From a virus (Duplodnaviria; Caudoviricetes), in IMG/VR virus record IMGVR_UViG_3300013121_000038, positions 38,312 to 102,311 of that record: a DNA stretch of 64,000 nt. The stretch is one strand, 5' to 3'. The notes under the pieces were generated by a model. The model ran no database searches. It saw nothing but the letters and a program-made list of their open reading frames with translations, and was not told the DNA's origin. The position numbers and the translations under genes were made by a program. Of the stretch, positions 26,622 through 36,574 are shown in pieces (the first letter of the stretch is position 1; each line of letters opens with the position of its first letter).

Positions 26622-29600
26622 ATGGCTGTCGTTGCGGTCTTCCCTCTCGTCAACTCCGCAGGGCAGTACGAGGCCCCTCTCGACTACTCCACTGGAGTCG
26701 AGCAGGGCCTTGTGGCGCGTGGCTTCTATCCTCAGAAGCTGGCGACTCCACTCACCGCTCCGACAGTCACTACTGGCGTCGAGTACGATGCCACGGACTC
26801 CTTCTTCGTCGTCAAGACGGAAGGCTCCAAGATCTCGCTTCAGATCGGCGGGAACGAGTACGCTTGGCTGAGCAACACCGGCGAGCTCAACTCCGTCTCC
26901 TTCAAGGCCAACGCTGCTTCTGGAGCCGTAGGGCTGCAACTCGTGTCCGGGGCCAAGATCTCTTTCGGCCAGAGCGGCACTGACTATTGGTACGGCAATG
27001 GCGGAGCGATTCGTACGCCCGGCACCTTGCTGGTCGACAGCAACATCTACACCAACTCGCACTACGTCGGCCAAGGTGCTGGCGGCATTGTTCTCAGGAC
27101 GGTTGGAGGTCTCAGCAGCAGCTACACCGGCACTAGCGTCTGGTCCACGACGGACCAGACCATCGCTGGTGCGAAGATGTTCCGCGTCTTCCGCGACCAG
27201 GGGACCACCGAGCTACTCTCGGTGTACCAGTCTGGTGCGGTGGAAATCAAAGGCACGGACGCCACTGGCCTGCTCAAGCTGTTCTCCGTCACCAACTCCA
27301 GCTCCAGCCTGGACCCGGTGTTCGGTATCGGCATCGGTGTCGGCGGGCAGTACGACAACTACATCAAGTTCTTCGTCAACTCGACGTGGGTCGGCGGCTT
27401 CTACGACGGTGCCACGCCCAACTTTATCGCCCAGTATGGCATGGCGGTGAACAACTACGGCAAGTACACGGCGTACGCTCATGGCAACGCCTACTGGCAG
27501 CCGGACAAGGACGCCACCAGCGTCGCCCGCCTTCAGGGCTGGCTCGGTCTTGAGGTCTTCGCGTTCCCAGGTGAAGGAGCCACGGTCACTGCCGTGCCGG
27601 CTACTGCTGTTCTGATGGGGCAGCACTACGGCTTCACGGCTCAGGGCTCGAAGGTCGTCTCGTTCCGCAACGGCTACGCTTACGAGCGGGCGTACATTGA
27701 CGGCTACGGCACTCTAGGCCACGTCGAAACGGCTCGTCTCAAGAGCGATGCGCCAGCAGCCGGGCGCACGGTCACCAACTACGCTCTTCAGTCACAAGCG
27801 TTCAATACCGTACCTTGGTACAAATACGGAGCCGGTGGGGCTGCTGCGCCGACTGTCACGGAAAACAACGTCGTCGCTCCGGACGGCACCACCACAGCAT
27901 CCACCGTCTCGATCCCGGCGGTGACCGCTGGACAGTACTCGGTGCTGAACCAGACGTATGCGTGCGCCAACGGCTACTACTACTGCTTCAGCATCTGGTT
28001 GAAGGCGGCCGCGCCAGGCACTACGTACCTCTACCTCTACAACAACACCTCCAACTCGTTCCGCCGCGTCGCCCAGTGCTCGGTGACGACGTCGTGGCAG
28101 CGCTTCTACGTCTCTGGCCAGACGAACAGCACCTCCCTCCAGTTCAACTTCGGTGTCGATGCCCTCACGGCCGGCACCACGATGGTGGGGCAGAGCGCCA
28201 TCACGTTGCACGTGTGGGGCGCTCAGCTTGAGCACAACGCCACGTTCCCGAGCCAGTACGTCCCGACGACGACGGCATCGGCTTCTGCGACGGTGAACGA
28301 GGCTGCCGTCGTCACGACGCAGAACCTGTTCACAACTGGCAAGCTCCAGTCCTGGAAGAACCAGGATCTGGAGAAGGCGTCCCTCGATTACAGCGGCAAC
28401 TTCTACGCCCGCACGCTCTACGTCCTCACCGGCTCGCTGATTGCTCAGTCCGGCAACCCAGTCTACTTGACCTCGGGGGCCTCTGACGGCTCCACCGCTG
28501 CTGGCGTCGTCATCAACACACAGGCGACCTTCAACAACTCAGCCTCCAAGCTCCTTCAGCTCTACAACAACAACATCGAGAAGATCTACTTCGCCGGCTA
28601 CACCGGGGCGAGCTTCGGCAGCATTACGGACGGCACACGCACGCTGACGTTCGGTGCCGACTCCAACAACCCGTGGGTCGCCACCTCCACCGCGCACGAC
28701 CTCCGATTCGGCACGTCGAATCAGACCAGGTGGACGGTGCAAGCGGCTGGCCACCTGCTTGCCGCCTCCGGCTACAACATCACAACGACCGGCGCGCTCT
28801 CCGTCGCCGGCGCCACCATCACGACGAACGGTCTCACGGTCTCCAACGGCCACGTCACTCTGACCAACGGCAACCGGGTCGTCGTCGGTACTGGGACGGC
28901 TGGGTACGCCGCCGTCTTCGGGAACAGGAACCACACCGACGCCGCCGCGCTGAACTACGGCGCCTACTTCGCCTACGACTGCTACTGGGACGACACCGCT
29001 GACAAGTGGATGGCGCAGCGCACGACGCTGGGCACCAAGCTGGTGATGACCGCCGGCTATCACGACGGAGGCTTCCGGTGGAAGACGTACTCCAGCGGCG
29101 GCACCGGCGATCTGGTGAATGGCTGGGCCGACGCCGACATGCTCACCATGATGTCGCTGAATGCCGGCGCGCCTACCTCCAACGCGATCTTCGCCACACT
29201 CAACTCACCAGGCACCTACTACGGCAGCAGCAAGCTCCTCTCACTCCAGAACAACACCGTTGAAAAGGCGTACTTCCTCTACGACGGCACTCTCGTGGCG
29301 CCCAACGCCATGAAGCGTTGGTATCAGACCGCAACGCTTCCAGTCGTGGTCGGAGACTACGTCGAGATCGGATCATTCAACGTCGGAGCCGGGGGTCACG
29401 CAGTTCAGCTAAGTGTCGTCGTTTCGTCCTCTGGCTTCTCAGTGGCGAAGCATTACACGGTTTCGGCCCAGTTCAACCAGACGAGCAACACCTACAAACT
29501 GGTGGTGCCTGATTCGACTTCTGGTCAGTACGCCGGTCAGGACTACGACCTGGAGCTCAACGTCAGCAACACTGTCCTCACCTTCCGGCTTCGTAGGACT

Positions 29601-31829
29601 GCCGGGACCACTGCCGGCACCGCCTACATCACCGTTCTGTCTACTGGTGTGGAGTCTGACGCTTACACCGCTCTGACTGGAACCGGCACCTCCATTGTCA
29701 CTGACTACTTCAACGACGGTGGCACGTTGGGCGTCGTCACCGGATACTCCGCTGATAGCTCTTCGGCTGTCGGCGTCGTCTTGGACACGAAGAACCCCTT
29801 CGCCACCTCTGGTGCGAAGATCGCCTCCTTCCGGACCGCCGGTTCCGAGAAGGCGTACATCGCCTTTGACGGCTCCAGTTACTTCTCGAACACCGTGACT
29901 AGCGCCACCCGCTTCATCGCGGGATCGACCGGCTACCAGGCTGGTGTCGGGCTTTCGCTGCTGCTCCAGGGTAGGCAGTCCAGCAGCGATACGGCAGTGA
30001 ACGTCATCCTGGACACGCTGACCATCCCCTATACACATTCCGGCTCCAAGCTCCTCTCGATCCGGAATGCGGGGGTCGAGCAGGCGTACTTCGACTACAA
30101 CGGCGCGCTCGCCGTGCCTTCTGCCGCGATCGGCGGGTTCGGCATCCTGGCAGGTATCGCCGACCGCACCAGCAGCACGCTTTCCTTCGTGGATGGCACT
30201 CGTGTCTTCACTCTCGCACCAGTTGGCTCCTTCGTCGTGTGGGCCAACAACGTCAAGTACACGAAGAGCACCAACCAGACCGTCACCATCCCCAACACGG
30301 TGGGCGAGCACTTCATCTACTTCAACGCCTCCGGCACCCTCGTCTCCAGCACGACTTCATGGAACGTCGAGAGTGATCAGATCGCCACCGTCGCCACCAT
30401 CTATTGGGACGGCACGAAGGGCGTCGTTGGGGACGAGCGGCACGGTGCCTTTCGCAACCGCTCGCAGCACGCCTACCTGCACAACACGCGTGGCACGGCG
30501 TACCAGTCTGGTCTCGCCGGCACCTTCACCGATACCACTCTCTCCGTCACGTCCGGCATCATCTGGGACGAGGATATCAAGCACGACCTGAGCGGTACCT
30601 ACACCACCTGCCGGCTCTGGTACCGCACCACTGGTGGCACGGTGATGACGTCGGCTACGGCCAGCGCCACGCCGTACTCGGTGAACGCCGGCACGCTGCG
30701 ATACGACAACGCTGGTGTCCTGACTGCCGTCGGCGTCAACGGCTACGTCGTCAACTGGGTCTATGCCACCAACGACAAGGACTACCCGATCGCGGTGGTG
30801 GTGAGCCAGGAGGAGTTCACCACTCTCGGCCAGGCTCGGGCTGCCACGCAGCCCAGCTTCCCCAACCTGACTACTCGGGAGTGGAAGCTCCTCTACAGCG
30901 TCATGTACCGCAACGCGGCTGGCACGCCGACCTTCACCGAGAGCGTCGACTATCGCAACACGTCTTCGCTGCCGAATGCTACGGTCAGCTCGCTTCCAGC
31001 CATCGCCGTCACCGTCACTCCGTTCGGGACCATCGCCGCCACCAACGTCCAGGCGGTTTTGGAGGAGATCGTAGCAGAGGCGGCGTCCGTATCCGGACTC
31101 GACACAGAGCTACAGTTCAATAACTCCGGCGTCTTCGGGGGGACAACTGGCGTCACGTATGACGCGGCCACTCACTCCATCTCGGTGGTGGACACGTCTT
31201 TGGTGACCATCAAGGTGGGCGTAAACGAGGATGGTAGCGGTATCGATCTTGTCGCCGCCGATCAGGGTGATGGCGTCTACTCGGACATCGGCTTCTATGC
31301 TTCCAGGCCCACCATCGGCAACGTCATCAAGTTGGAGGCCAGGGACTCTCGGAGTCAGCTTCAGCTCTACTGGCCGCTCGGTGCGGCTAGCGAGAGTCTT
31401 GAGATCGGCTCCGACGCCGAAGGGCCCTACATCAACGGGTTCGGCGGCTGGGCACTTCCGACCAGGATCTACAGCGACGCCGAACTTCACATTCACAGCG
31501 TGTCTGACGTCAACATCTGGTCGGATTCTTTCTATGTTGAGATCGGTCCACCAAATTCTGTTACTGGAACTCCAGGGGTCGACTCTCAGGAGCGAATCCT
31601 TCAGTTCAGGGACTTCGACCAAAACGGCAACTCAAACGACATCGCCACGATCAAGACTAGGTGGATCGACATCGCCAATGGTAAGGCTCGCCTGATGCTC
31701 TCCAGCACTTCGGAAGATGTCGGTGTGGAGATCGTCGGAGGCATCGTCATGCGTTCTCCAGATGGCACGATCTACTTGGTGACCATCAACAACGATGGCT
31801 CGCTGGTATCGACAGAGATCTCGATCTAG
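26622..31829 (+). CDS. Large tail fibre/receptor-binding protein (1735 aa)
   Basis: Repeated [SAG]K-hh-S-h-x-N-x3-EKA shaft units; APDGT...WQRF...WGAQLE...YVPTT carbohydrate-binding-like domain; ATNVQAVLEEI and LQFNNSG-x-FGG fibre motifs. Confidence 0.8.
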   Translation: MAVVAVFPLVNSAGQYEAPLDYSTGVEQGLVARGFYPQKLATPLTAPTVTTGVEYDATDSFFVVKTEGSKISLQIGGNEYAWLSNTGELNSVSFKANAASGAVGLQLVSGAKISFGQSGTDYWYGNGGAIRTPGTLLVDSNIYTNSHYVGQGAGGIVLRTVGGLSSSYTGTSVWSTTDQTIAGAKMFRVFRDQGTTELLSVYQSGAVEIKGTDATGLLKLFSVTNSSSSLDPVFGIGIGVGGQYDNYIKFFVNSTWVGGFYDGATPNFIAQYGMAVNNYGKYTAYAHGNAYWQPDKDATSVARLQGWLGLEVFAFPGEGATVTAVPATAVLMGQHYGFTAQGSKVVSFRNGYAYERAYIDGYGTLGHVETARLKSDAPAAGRTVTNYALQSQAFNTVPWYKYGAGGAAAPTVTENNVVAPDGTTTASTVSIPAVTAGQYSVLNQTYACANGYYYCFSIWLKAAAPGTTYLYLYNNTSNSFRRVAQCSVTTSWQRFYVSGQTNSTSLQFNFGVDALTAGTTMVGQSAITLHVWGAQLEHNATFPSQYVPTTTASASATVNEAAVVTTQNLFTTGKLQSWKNQDLEKASLDYSGNFYARTLYVLTGSLIAQSGNPVYLTSGASDGSTAAGVVINTQATFNNSASKLLQLYNNNIEKIYFAGYTGASFGSITDGTRTLTFGADSNNPWVATSTAHDLRFGTSNQTRWTVQAAGHLLAASGYNITTTGALSVAGATITTNGLTVSNGHVTLTNGNRVVVGTGTAGYAAVFGNRNHTDAAALNYGAYFAYDCYWDDTADKWMAQRTTLGTKLVMTAGYHDGGFRWKTYSSGGTGDLVNGWADADMLTMMSLNAGAPTSNAIFATLNSPGTYYGSSKLLSLQNNTVEKAYFLYDGTLVAPNAMKRWYQTATLPVVVGDYVEIGSFNVGAGGHAVQLSVVVSSSGFSVAKHYTVSAQFNQTSNTYKLVVPDSTSGQYAGQDYDLELNVSNTVLTFRLRRTAGTTAGTAYITVLSTGVESDAYTALTGTGTSIVTDYFNDGGTLGVVTGYSADSSSAVGVVLDTKNPFATSGAKIASFRTAGSEKAYIAFDGSSYFSNTVTSATRFIAGSTGYQAGVGLSLLLQGRQSSSDTAVNVILDTLTIPYTHSGSKLLSIRNAGVEQAYFDYNGALAVPSAAIGGFGILAGIADRTSSTLSFVDGTRVFTLAPVGSFVVWANNVKYTKSTNQTVTIPNTVGEHFIYFNASGTLVSSTTSWNVESDQIATVATIYWDGTKGVVGDERHGAFRNRSQHAYLHNTRGTAYQSGLAGTFTDTTLSVTSGIIWDEDIKHDLSGTYTTCRLWYRTTGGTVMTSATASATPYSVNAGTLRYDNAGVLTAVGVNGYVVNWVYATNDKDYPIAVVVSQEEFTTLGQARAATQPSFPNLTTREWKLLYSVMYRNAAGTPTFTESVDYRNTSSLPNATVSSLPAIAVTVTPFGTIAATNVQAVLEEIVAEAASVSGLDTELQFNNSGVFGGTTGVTYDAATHSISVVDTSLVTIKVGVNEDGSGIDLVAADQGDGVYSDIGFYASRPTIGNVIKLEARDSRSQLQLYWPLGAASESLEIGSDAEGPYINGFGGWALPTRIYSDAELHIHSVSDVNIWSDSFYVEIGPPNSVTGTPGVDSQERILQFRDFDQNGNSNDIATIKTRWIDIANGKARLMLSSTSEDVGVEIVGGIVMRSPDGTIYLVTINNDGSLVSTEISI

Positions 31830-31837
31830 GACTCGAC

Positions 31838-33379
31838 ATGCCTCTTCATGCACAGATGAAGTATGTCGGCGCGGTGCCTCTCATCACCGTACTCGACAAG
31901 ACCGCGCCTCTCTTGTCGAGCAACGGGAACCAAGTCATCATCGATGACTGGATCGATCTTGCCGAGTGGGGTGTGATAGCAAGCTCCAGCCTCTGCTACC
32001 TCGACGCCTGGGTCGAGAAGAACGTGGCTGGCGAATGGGTGCCGGTTATCCTGGGGGCAGCGGACCAGGCCCCTCCTGACTTCCCTGGCATCGATCCGCA
32101 AGGCTACACCGTCCTGTTCAGCTTTTTGGCGGACTCCTTAGACGTCCCCGTTCTTGACATCGTCGAGTTCGGTGGGACTACGGAGTACGGCAACTGGGCC
32201 GGCACGGATCCGCGCACCCACGTCGACAACATCTCCTTCACCCATCCTGACATGCGGCTGTCGCGCATCAGGGCTGTTGCGAAGGCCGACTGCTCAAGCG
32301 GGACGCACGACGATAAGAACTACCGCTTCCGGATGCGGGTTCGTGTGCCAGACATGTGCGTCTGGTCCAAGGAGGTGGAGATCCCGGCCACCGACGGGCA
32401 GATCTTCCTCGACGAGCCGCTCATCAGCCTCACCGATCTCGGCGTGAGTTCGTTCGCCAGCGAAGTCGCAATGGTGGCGCTCATCCGGCGCAACGGCAAG
32501 ACCATCAGGGTCAATGACTCCAGGCAGTCCCTCGACAATGAGACGTTCGACCCTCCCTCGTACCCCATCCAGATCTACGCGAACGTCGTCACTCCCAACC
32601 AGCACGTCTACGACCCCTCGCAGAATGGATCTCCGGCGTTCTACAACTGCAAGCTGTACGGTGACGGCAACAGCGACGTTTACCCGTACGGCGTGAAGGC
32701 CGGTGGCTCGTGGCTTGGTGGCGGGCTTGGTCAGTGTACCGAGTTCATCAACGACACCATCAAGATTGCGGCTTGGCGTGACGGCGCAGCCTACACGACA
32801 TACATCCCATCGAAGGGCGCCTCCGAGGTCGCGGTGCCTGGCGGCAGCGCGGACGGCTGCACGCTGCTTATCAAGATCTTCAGGGCCGCTCCGTATCTTA
32901 CGTGGGTCTATCCATTCAACCAGGCGGAGAACCCTTACTGTATCAGGGTCCCTTCGGCCGTCTCTGGTGTCCCGGCTAAGTACGTCCTGGATCAGGAAGG
33001 CCTCGTCGTCGATCCGAACAATCGCCTCAAGATGCCGTGGTCCGGGCCACATGCGCTTCTCGCCGACGTCACGACGCTCGGCGACGACCTGCGCAAGGAG
33101 ATGATGCTGGTCTCCGACCCGGTGCCTGTGCCGACCGGCTCCCTGGACTACGCCCCGACCTACTCTGATGGTCGCCTGTCGTACGAGACGTGGACGGAGA
33201 CATCAGGCTCGATACTACTGAAGCGCAAGGACTATACTTACGCGAGCGGGCTCGTGGACACCGAGATCACCAAGGTCTACAACCCGCTCGATGGCACCAC
33301 CGTCATCGCCCAGACCACGGTGACGTACTCCTACACCGCAGGTCGGCTTTCCGGCTACTCCTGCACGAGGGACGTCTGA
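31838..33379 (+). CDS. Putative virion structural protein
   Basis: 513 aa in the fibre cluster; C-terminal Y-T-Y hairpin repeats. Confidence 0.55.
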   Translation: MPLHAQMKYVGAVPLITVLDKTAPLLSSNGNQVIIDDWIDLAEWGVIASSSLCYLDAWVEKNVAGEWVPVILGAADQAPPDFPGIDPQGYTVLFSFLADSLDVPVLDIVEFGGTTEYGNWAGTDPRTHVDNISFTHPDMRLSRIRAVAKADCSSGTHDDKNYRFRMRVRVPDMCVWSKEVEIPATDGQIFLDEPLISLTDLGVSSFASEVAMVALIRRNGKTIRVNDSRQSLDNETFDPPSYPIQIYANVVTPNQHVYDPSQNGSPAFYNCKLYGDGNSDVYPYGVKAGGSWLGGGLGQCTEFINDTIKIAAWRDGAAYTTYIPSKGASEVAVPGGSADGCTLLIKIFRAAPYLTWVYPFNQAENPYCIRVPSAVSGVPAKYVLDQEGLVVDPNNRLKMPWSGPHALLADVTTLGDDLRKEMMLVSDPVPVPTGSLDYAPTYSDGRLSYETWTETSGSILLKRKDYTYASGLVDTEITKVYNPLDGTTVIAQTTVTYSYTAGRLSGYSCTRDV

Positions 33380-33753
33380 TGCTCGGCATTGTCCAGGTAC
33401 AGGAGCTCCTGCCGGCTGGTGGCGCGCTCATCCACAGGAAGCTCGCCGCCAACACCACCAACGCTACCAGCGTTCTCGATGCTGCTGGTCGCGTCTATGG
33501 TTGGTACGTCTTCAACCTCTCGGCTGCCACCAAGTACCTAAAGCTCTACGACCTCGCGGCGGCGCCGGCGGTGGGTACCGACACGCCAGTCATGACGATC
33601 CCCATCCCGCCTGGTGGTGGCGCTAACGTCTGGTTCTCCGGCGGCATCGCGTTCTCGACCGGCATCGCCTACGCCATCACGGGCGGTGTCGCAGACACCG
33701 ACACCACGGCCCTCGCCACCAACGACGTCGTCCTCAACTTGCTGTACGCCTGA
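33379..33753 (+). CDS. Small beta-rich virion protein
   Basis: ATG overlaps the upstream TGA; YLKLYD...P-x-VGTDTP...GIAFSTGI motif. Confidence 0.65.
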   Translation: MLGIVQVQELLPAGGALIHRKLAANTTNATSVLDAAGRVYGWYVFNLSAATKYLKLYDLAAAPAVGTDTPVMTIPIPPGGGANVWFSGGIAFSTGIAYAITGGVADTDTTALATNDVVLNLLYA

Positions 33754-34436
33754 TGGCTCTCAGTGCCTATGCCGAAGGAGCTTCGCTGACGTTCATCACG
33801 TCGGCAGGGTCCATCCCTCTGCCTGCCAATACAGCAGAGGGGGACCTTCTCGTCTGCTGTGCCGCCAGCAGGTCCCTCACCCCGCCCACCATCGAGAGTG
33901 GTTGGAACCTGATTCAAACGGCATCTGGCGGCTCGATGGCATCGCTCCGTGCCTGGTGGCGCGTGGCCACCGCCGGGCAAGCCGCTCCCTCTGTCACTCC
34001 AGGCGTGGCTTCGGTTGCCAACATCGGGTTCATCTTCCGCATACGAGGGTTCGACCCTTCGTCCCCCATCGACGTGGTCGGAGCCGCCGGCGGTGGTACG
34101 AGCCAGGCGACCCCTAGCTCGTCTGGCATAGTGACGACGCGCCCGAATGCTTGGATCTTCCACCTCGGCTGCCTCGGCACCACTTCCTCCACGACCCCTA
34201 CACTGACCCACTACTCGATCGGCGTGGTGAGCACTACGAGACTCACTGCCGTGTATGTTGGCGCAAGCAACAAGATCCGCATCTCCCTCTTCTCGACCAT
34301 CTGGCCCACGGCCTCGGACTGCGGCACCGACTACCTCAGCACGAACGTGAGCTCTGGCTCCAACGCACGCTTTCTATTCGCCATCCGCCCCGAGCCTGAG
34401 CCGGCGAAAGGCTTGATGCTCTTCGGTGTCGGATAG
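33753..34436 (+). CDS. Putative virion protein
   Basis: LPA-x4-GDLLV...GW beta-sandwich pattern. Confidence 0.55.
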   Translation: MALSAYAEGASLTFITSAGSIPLPANTAEGDLLVCCAASRSLTPPTIESGWNLIQTASGGSMASLRAWWRVATAGQAAPSVTPGVASVANIGFIFRIRGFDPSSPIDVVGAAGGGTSQATPSSSGIVTTRPNAWIFHLGCLGTTSSTTPTLTHYSIGVVSTTRLTAVYVGASNKIRISLFSTIWPTASDCGTDYLSTNVSSGSNARFLFAIRPEPEPAKGLMLFGVG

Positions 34437-34459
34437 TACTCATCACTCAAGGAGATCAC

Positions 34460-34762
34460 ATGGCCTTGCAGCTCAACCTCACAGCGGACAAGACAGCAGT
34501 CGGCATGGCTGCGCCCGAAGCCTACGCCCGCATCGTCTACCTCACCTTCGACACGAAGACTGGCCGGGTGCAGTTGTCGGTCGACGTCCACGCCAACCAA
34601 CAGGCTCGGGAAGATGGCAAGGCACCGATCAGCGGAGGCGTCTACACCGGGGTGGTGGGTGTGGACATGCCCAACATCGACGACACCATCCCAGGTATTC
34701 GTGCGGCGCTCTACGACTGGCTGAAGACGCTTCCGGACTTCGCCGGCTCGATAGACGTGTAA
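34460..34762 (+). CDS. Small tail-associated protein
   Basis: AAGGAG RBS; AYARI...LYDWLKTLPDF motif seen next to phage fibre genes. Confidence 0.6.
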   Translation: MALQLNLTADKTAVGMAAPEAYARIVYLTFDTKTGRVQLSVDVHANQQAREDGKAPISGGVYTGVVGVDMPNIDDTIPGIRAALYDWLKTLPDFAGSIDV

Positions 34763-34869
34763 GAAGAGCCGTACAGCGGGCCTTGAGTGACTACCCTCGC
34801 GTGAGAGAGAAGGTGGTGGTGCTAGGCCACCATCTTCCAACCGACGCCTCCACCGAGTGGGTCCAGGTC

Positions 34870-34986
34870 ATGGGCATCATCCTCTACGTCATCGCCACGT
34901 CTGCTGCGGCTCTGATGGTCGGAGTCTGCGCCGACGGTATCGCTTCTCTCTTCGAGCGCTACGCCAAGCGCCGGGCGAAGAGCTAA
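34870..34986 (+). CDS. Short membrane peptide
   Basis: Hydrophobic segment plus basic tail; start uncertain. Confidence 0.35.
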   Translation: MGIILYVIATSAAALMVGVCADGIASLFERYAKRRAKS

Positions 34987-34997
34987 GAGAACGAAGG

Positions 34998-35040
34998 GCT
35001 AACGGCAAAGCCGCCCGAAGGCGGCTTTGTCGGCGTTCTT
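34998..35040. terminator. Bidirectional terminator at the convergence of the virion and early arms
   Basis: CGGCAAAGCCGCC-CGAA-GGCGGCTTTGTCG; TTAGC tail on the - strand. Confidence 0.75.
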
Positions 35041-35051
35041 GAGGAGTGGTA

Positions 35052-35582
35052 CTACGGCACTGCAACTGCGGGTGTTGCGGTTCCAGTCGGTGCCGTGTGC
35101 GGCGTCGGAGCCGCGCCATGCATTGATGGCGCAATCGGTGCCATAGCACCTCCTCTCTCCCCTCCACCGTGGGACCGTCGGGGTTGGCGACGGTCTCCAG
35201 CAGGGCTTCGTGCCTCGTTTCCCACTCTCTTCGCCTGGTCGTCGTTCCGGGCGATGTCGCGCTTCAACGCAGACTTGGCTGCCTCGACGCGGAGCTTGAT
35301 GTACTCCTCGTCCCCCAACAGCCTCTTCTGCACTTCGCACTCCAGCTTCGACACGGCCAGAGCCGTATCTCCCTTCGCCTTCTCCTCGTCGTCGGAGTGC
35401 TCCTCTTTCGACGCCTCGGCCCTCACTTTCGAGCCCAGGTCTTCGTAGTACTGGCGGCCCGCCAACAGGAGTGCGGTCTTCGCCCGCAACATCTCCCGTC
35501 GTTCGTCGAGCAGAGGTCCGCCTTCCTCTGCTCCGCCCACTGCTTCATCAACGCCCGACTCCACCATCCGCAGCAGTTCCAT
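35052..35582 (-). CDS. Hypothetical coiled-coil protein
   Basis: 176 aa; AAGGA RBS; preceded by its own promoter motif. Confidence 0.65.
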   Translation of the reverse strand: MELLRMVESGVDEAVGGAEEGGPLLDERREMLRAKTALLLAGRQYYEDLGSKVRAEASKEEHSDDEEKAKGDTALAVSKLECEVQKRLLGDEEYIKLRVEAAKSALKRDIARNDDQAKRVGNEARSPAGDRRQPRRSHGGGERGGAMAPIAPSMHGAAPTPHTAPTGTATPAVAVP

Positions 35583-35666
35583 GGTTCTTGAATCCTTCCA
35601 TCTAAGAAGAGCACATTCTCTTCTTCTGTTTTCTTATCCCACAGCCAGACAGCGATTTGCTGCGCC

Positions 35667-36113
35667 TCAGTTCTTCATCGAGGAGCCCAGGTTCATCATC
35701 GACAGCATCGGGTCTCCCAGGAATGTGTCGATGTTCTTCACCATCTCCTTCGAGTCGACGCCTGCGTCGAGCAAAGCATCAAGCTCTACCTTGTACGTCT
35801 GAGTGGCGATGATGGTGCAGAGCTTCGGGCAGCACGTGATGTAGTCCTCCTTCATCATCGTGCCATCCTGGCTGATTGAGATCTTCACGACTTGGCAGAT
35901 GTTCCGTACCTCACGGTGCGCCCGGTAGATCTCCAGTGCCACACCCTCTTGCTTCTTCATGCCCGTCGCCAGGTTGGCAGCGGACAGCACCATCTTCACG
36001 GACTCCAACACCTTCTGCATCCCCTCGATCTTGGACGCCTTCGTGTTGTGTGGTGACGACAGGTACGACTGGCACTCGTTCTTCGCCTTCTGCACAGCGT
36101 CGTCGAGAAACAT
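35667..36113 (-). CDS. Hypothetical protein
   Basis: GGAGG RBS before ATG 36113. Confidence 0.65.
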   Translation of the reverse strand: MFLDDAVQKAKNECQSYLSSPHNTKASKIEGMQKVLESVKMVLSAANLATGMKKQEGVALEIYRAHREVRNICQVVKISISQDGTMMKEDYITCCPKLCTIIATQTYKVELDALLDAGVDSKEMVKNIDTFLGDPMLSMMNLGSSMKN

Positions 36114-36127
36114 GTCGCCTCCCACAA

Positions 36128-36256
36128 GCTAAGAAACGGCGCCAGTTAACCAGGCTGGCGCCGGAGCAGAGAGTTCCCTCTTCACGGCAGTCCGGGAGGA
36201 ATGCGCCGGCGGCATGGCGCGCCGGTTTTTGCGCTCAGAGTTACGGTCCCTGCTCA
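36128..36256 (-). ncRNA. Candidate small RNA (~125 nt)
   Basis: Bounded by the promoter motif (36262-36289) and a hairpin-TTCTTAGC terminator (36128-36163); GAGCAGGG/CUCUGCUC closing stem; no RBS-led ORF. Confidence 0.5.
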
Positions 36257-36380
36257 CCTGTCTTATCCCTTTCCCAAGAGCATTGTTGCATACGAGCTAA
36301 AAGAAGCCGAAGGGGAATGTGCCCCATCGGCCTCCGGGCCCGGAACCGCACTTGGGAGCGCGGTGACGACCAGACCCAAG

Positions 36381-36497
36381 CTACTTGAAGAGACGGTGCC
36401 TCTCGGACCAGACGCACCACACCGCCCAGACTCCGACGCACAACCAGAAGAAAGCCATCATGGTAATCCTCCCGTATCTTCTTGTGCCCTTTTTCAT
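36381..36497 (-). CDS. Short membrane peptide
   Basis: MKKGTRRYGRITMMAFFWLCVGVWAVWCVW... Confidence 0.35.
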   Translation of the reverse strand: MKKGTRRYGRITMMAFFWLCVGVWAVWCVWSERHRLFK

Positions 36498-36574
36498 GGT
36501 CGAATTGCTAAGAGTGAGAGAGCCATACGGCCCCGACGTCCCCCTCGCATGAGGACGTCGGGGCTGCACAAGCC

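Noticed and set aside
19309-34762. Diversity-generating retroelement or invertible fibre cassette
   Set aside because: No reverse transcriptase, invertase, template/variable repeat pair or inverted crossover sites seen in the window.
34870-34986. Holin or lysis cassette at the end of the virion arm
   Set aside because: Only a single short hydrophobic peptide; no endolysin or spanin recognised nearby.
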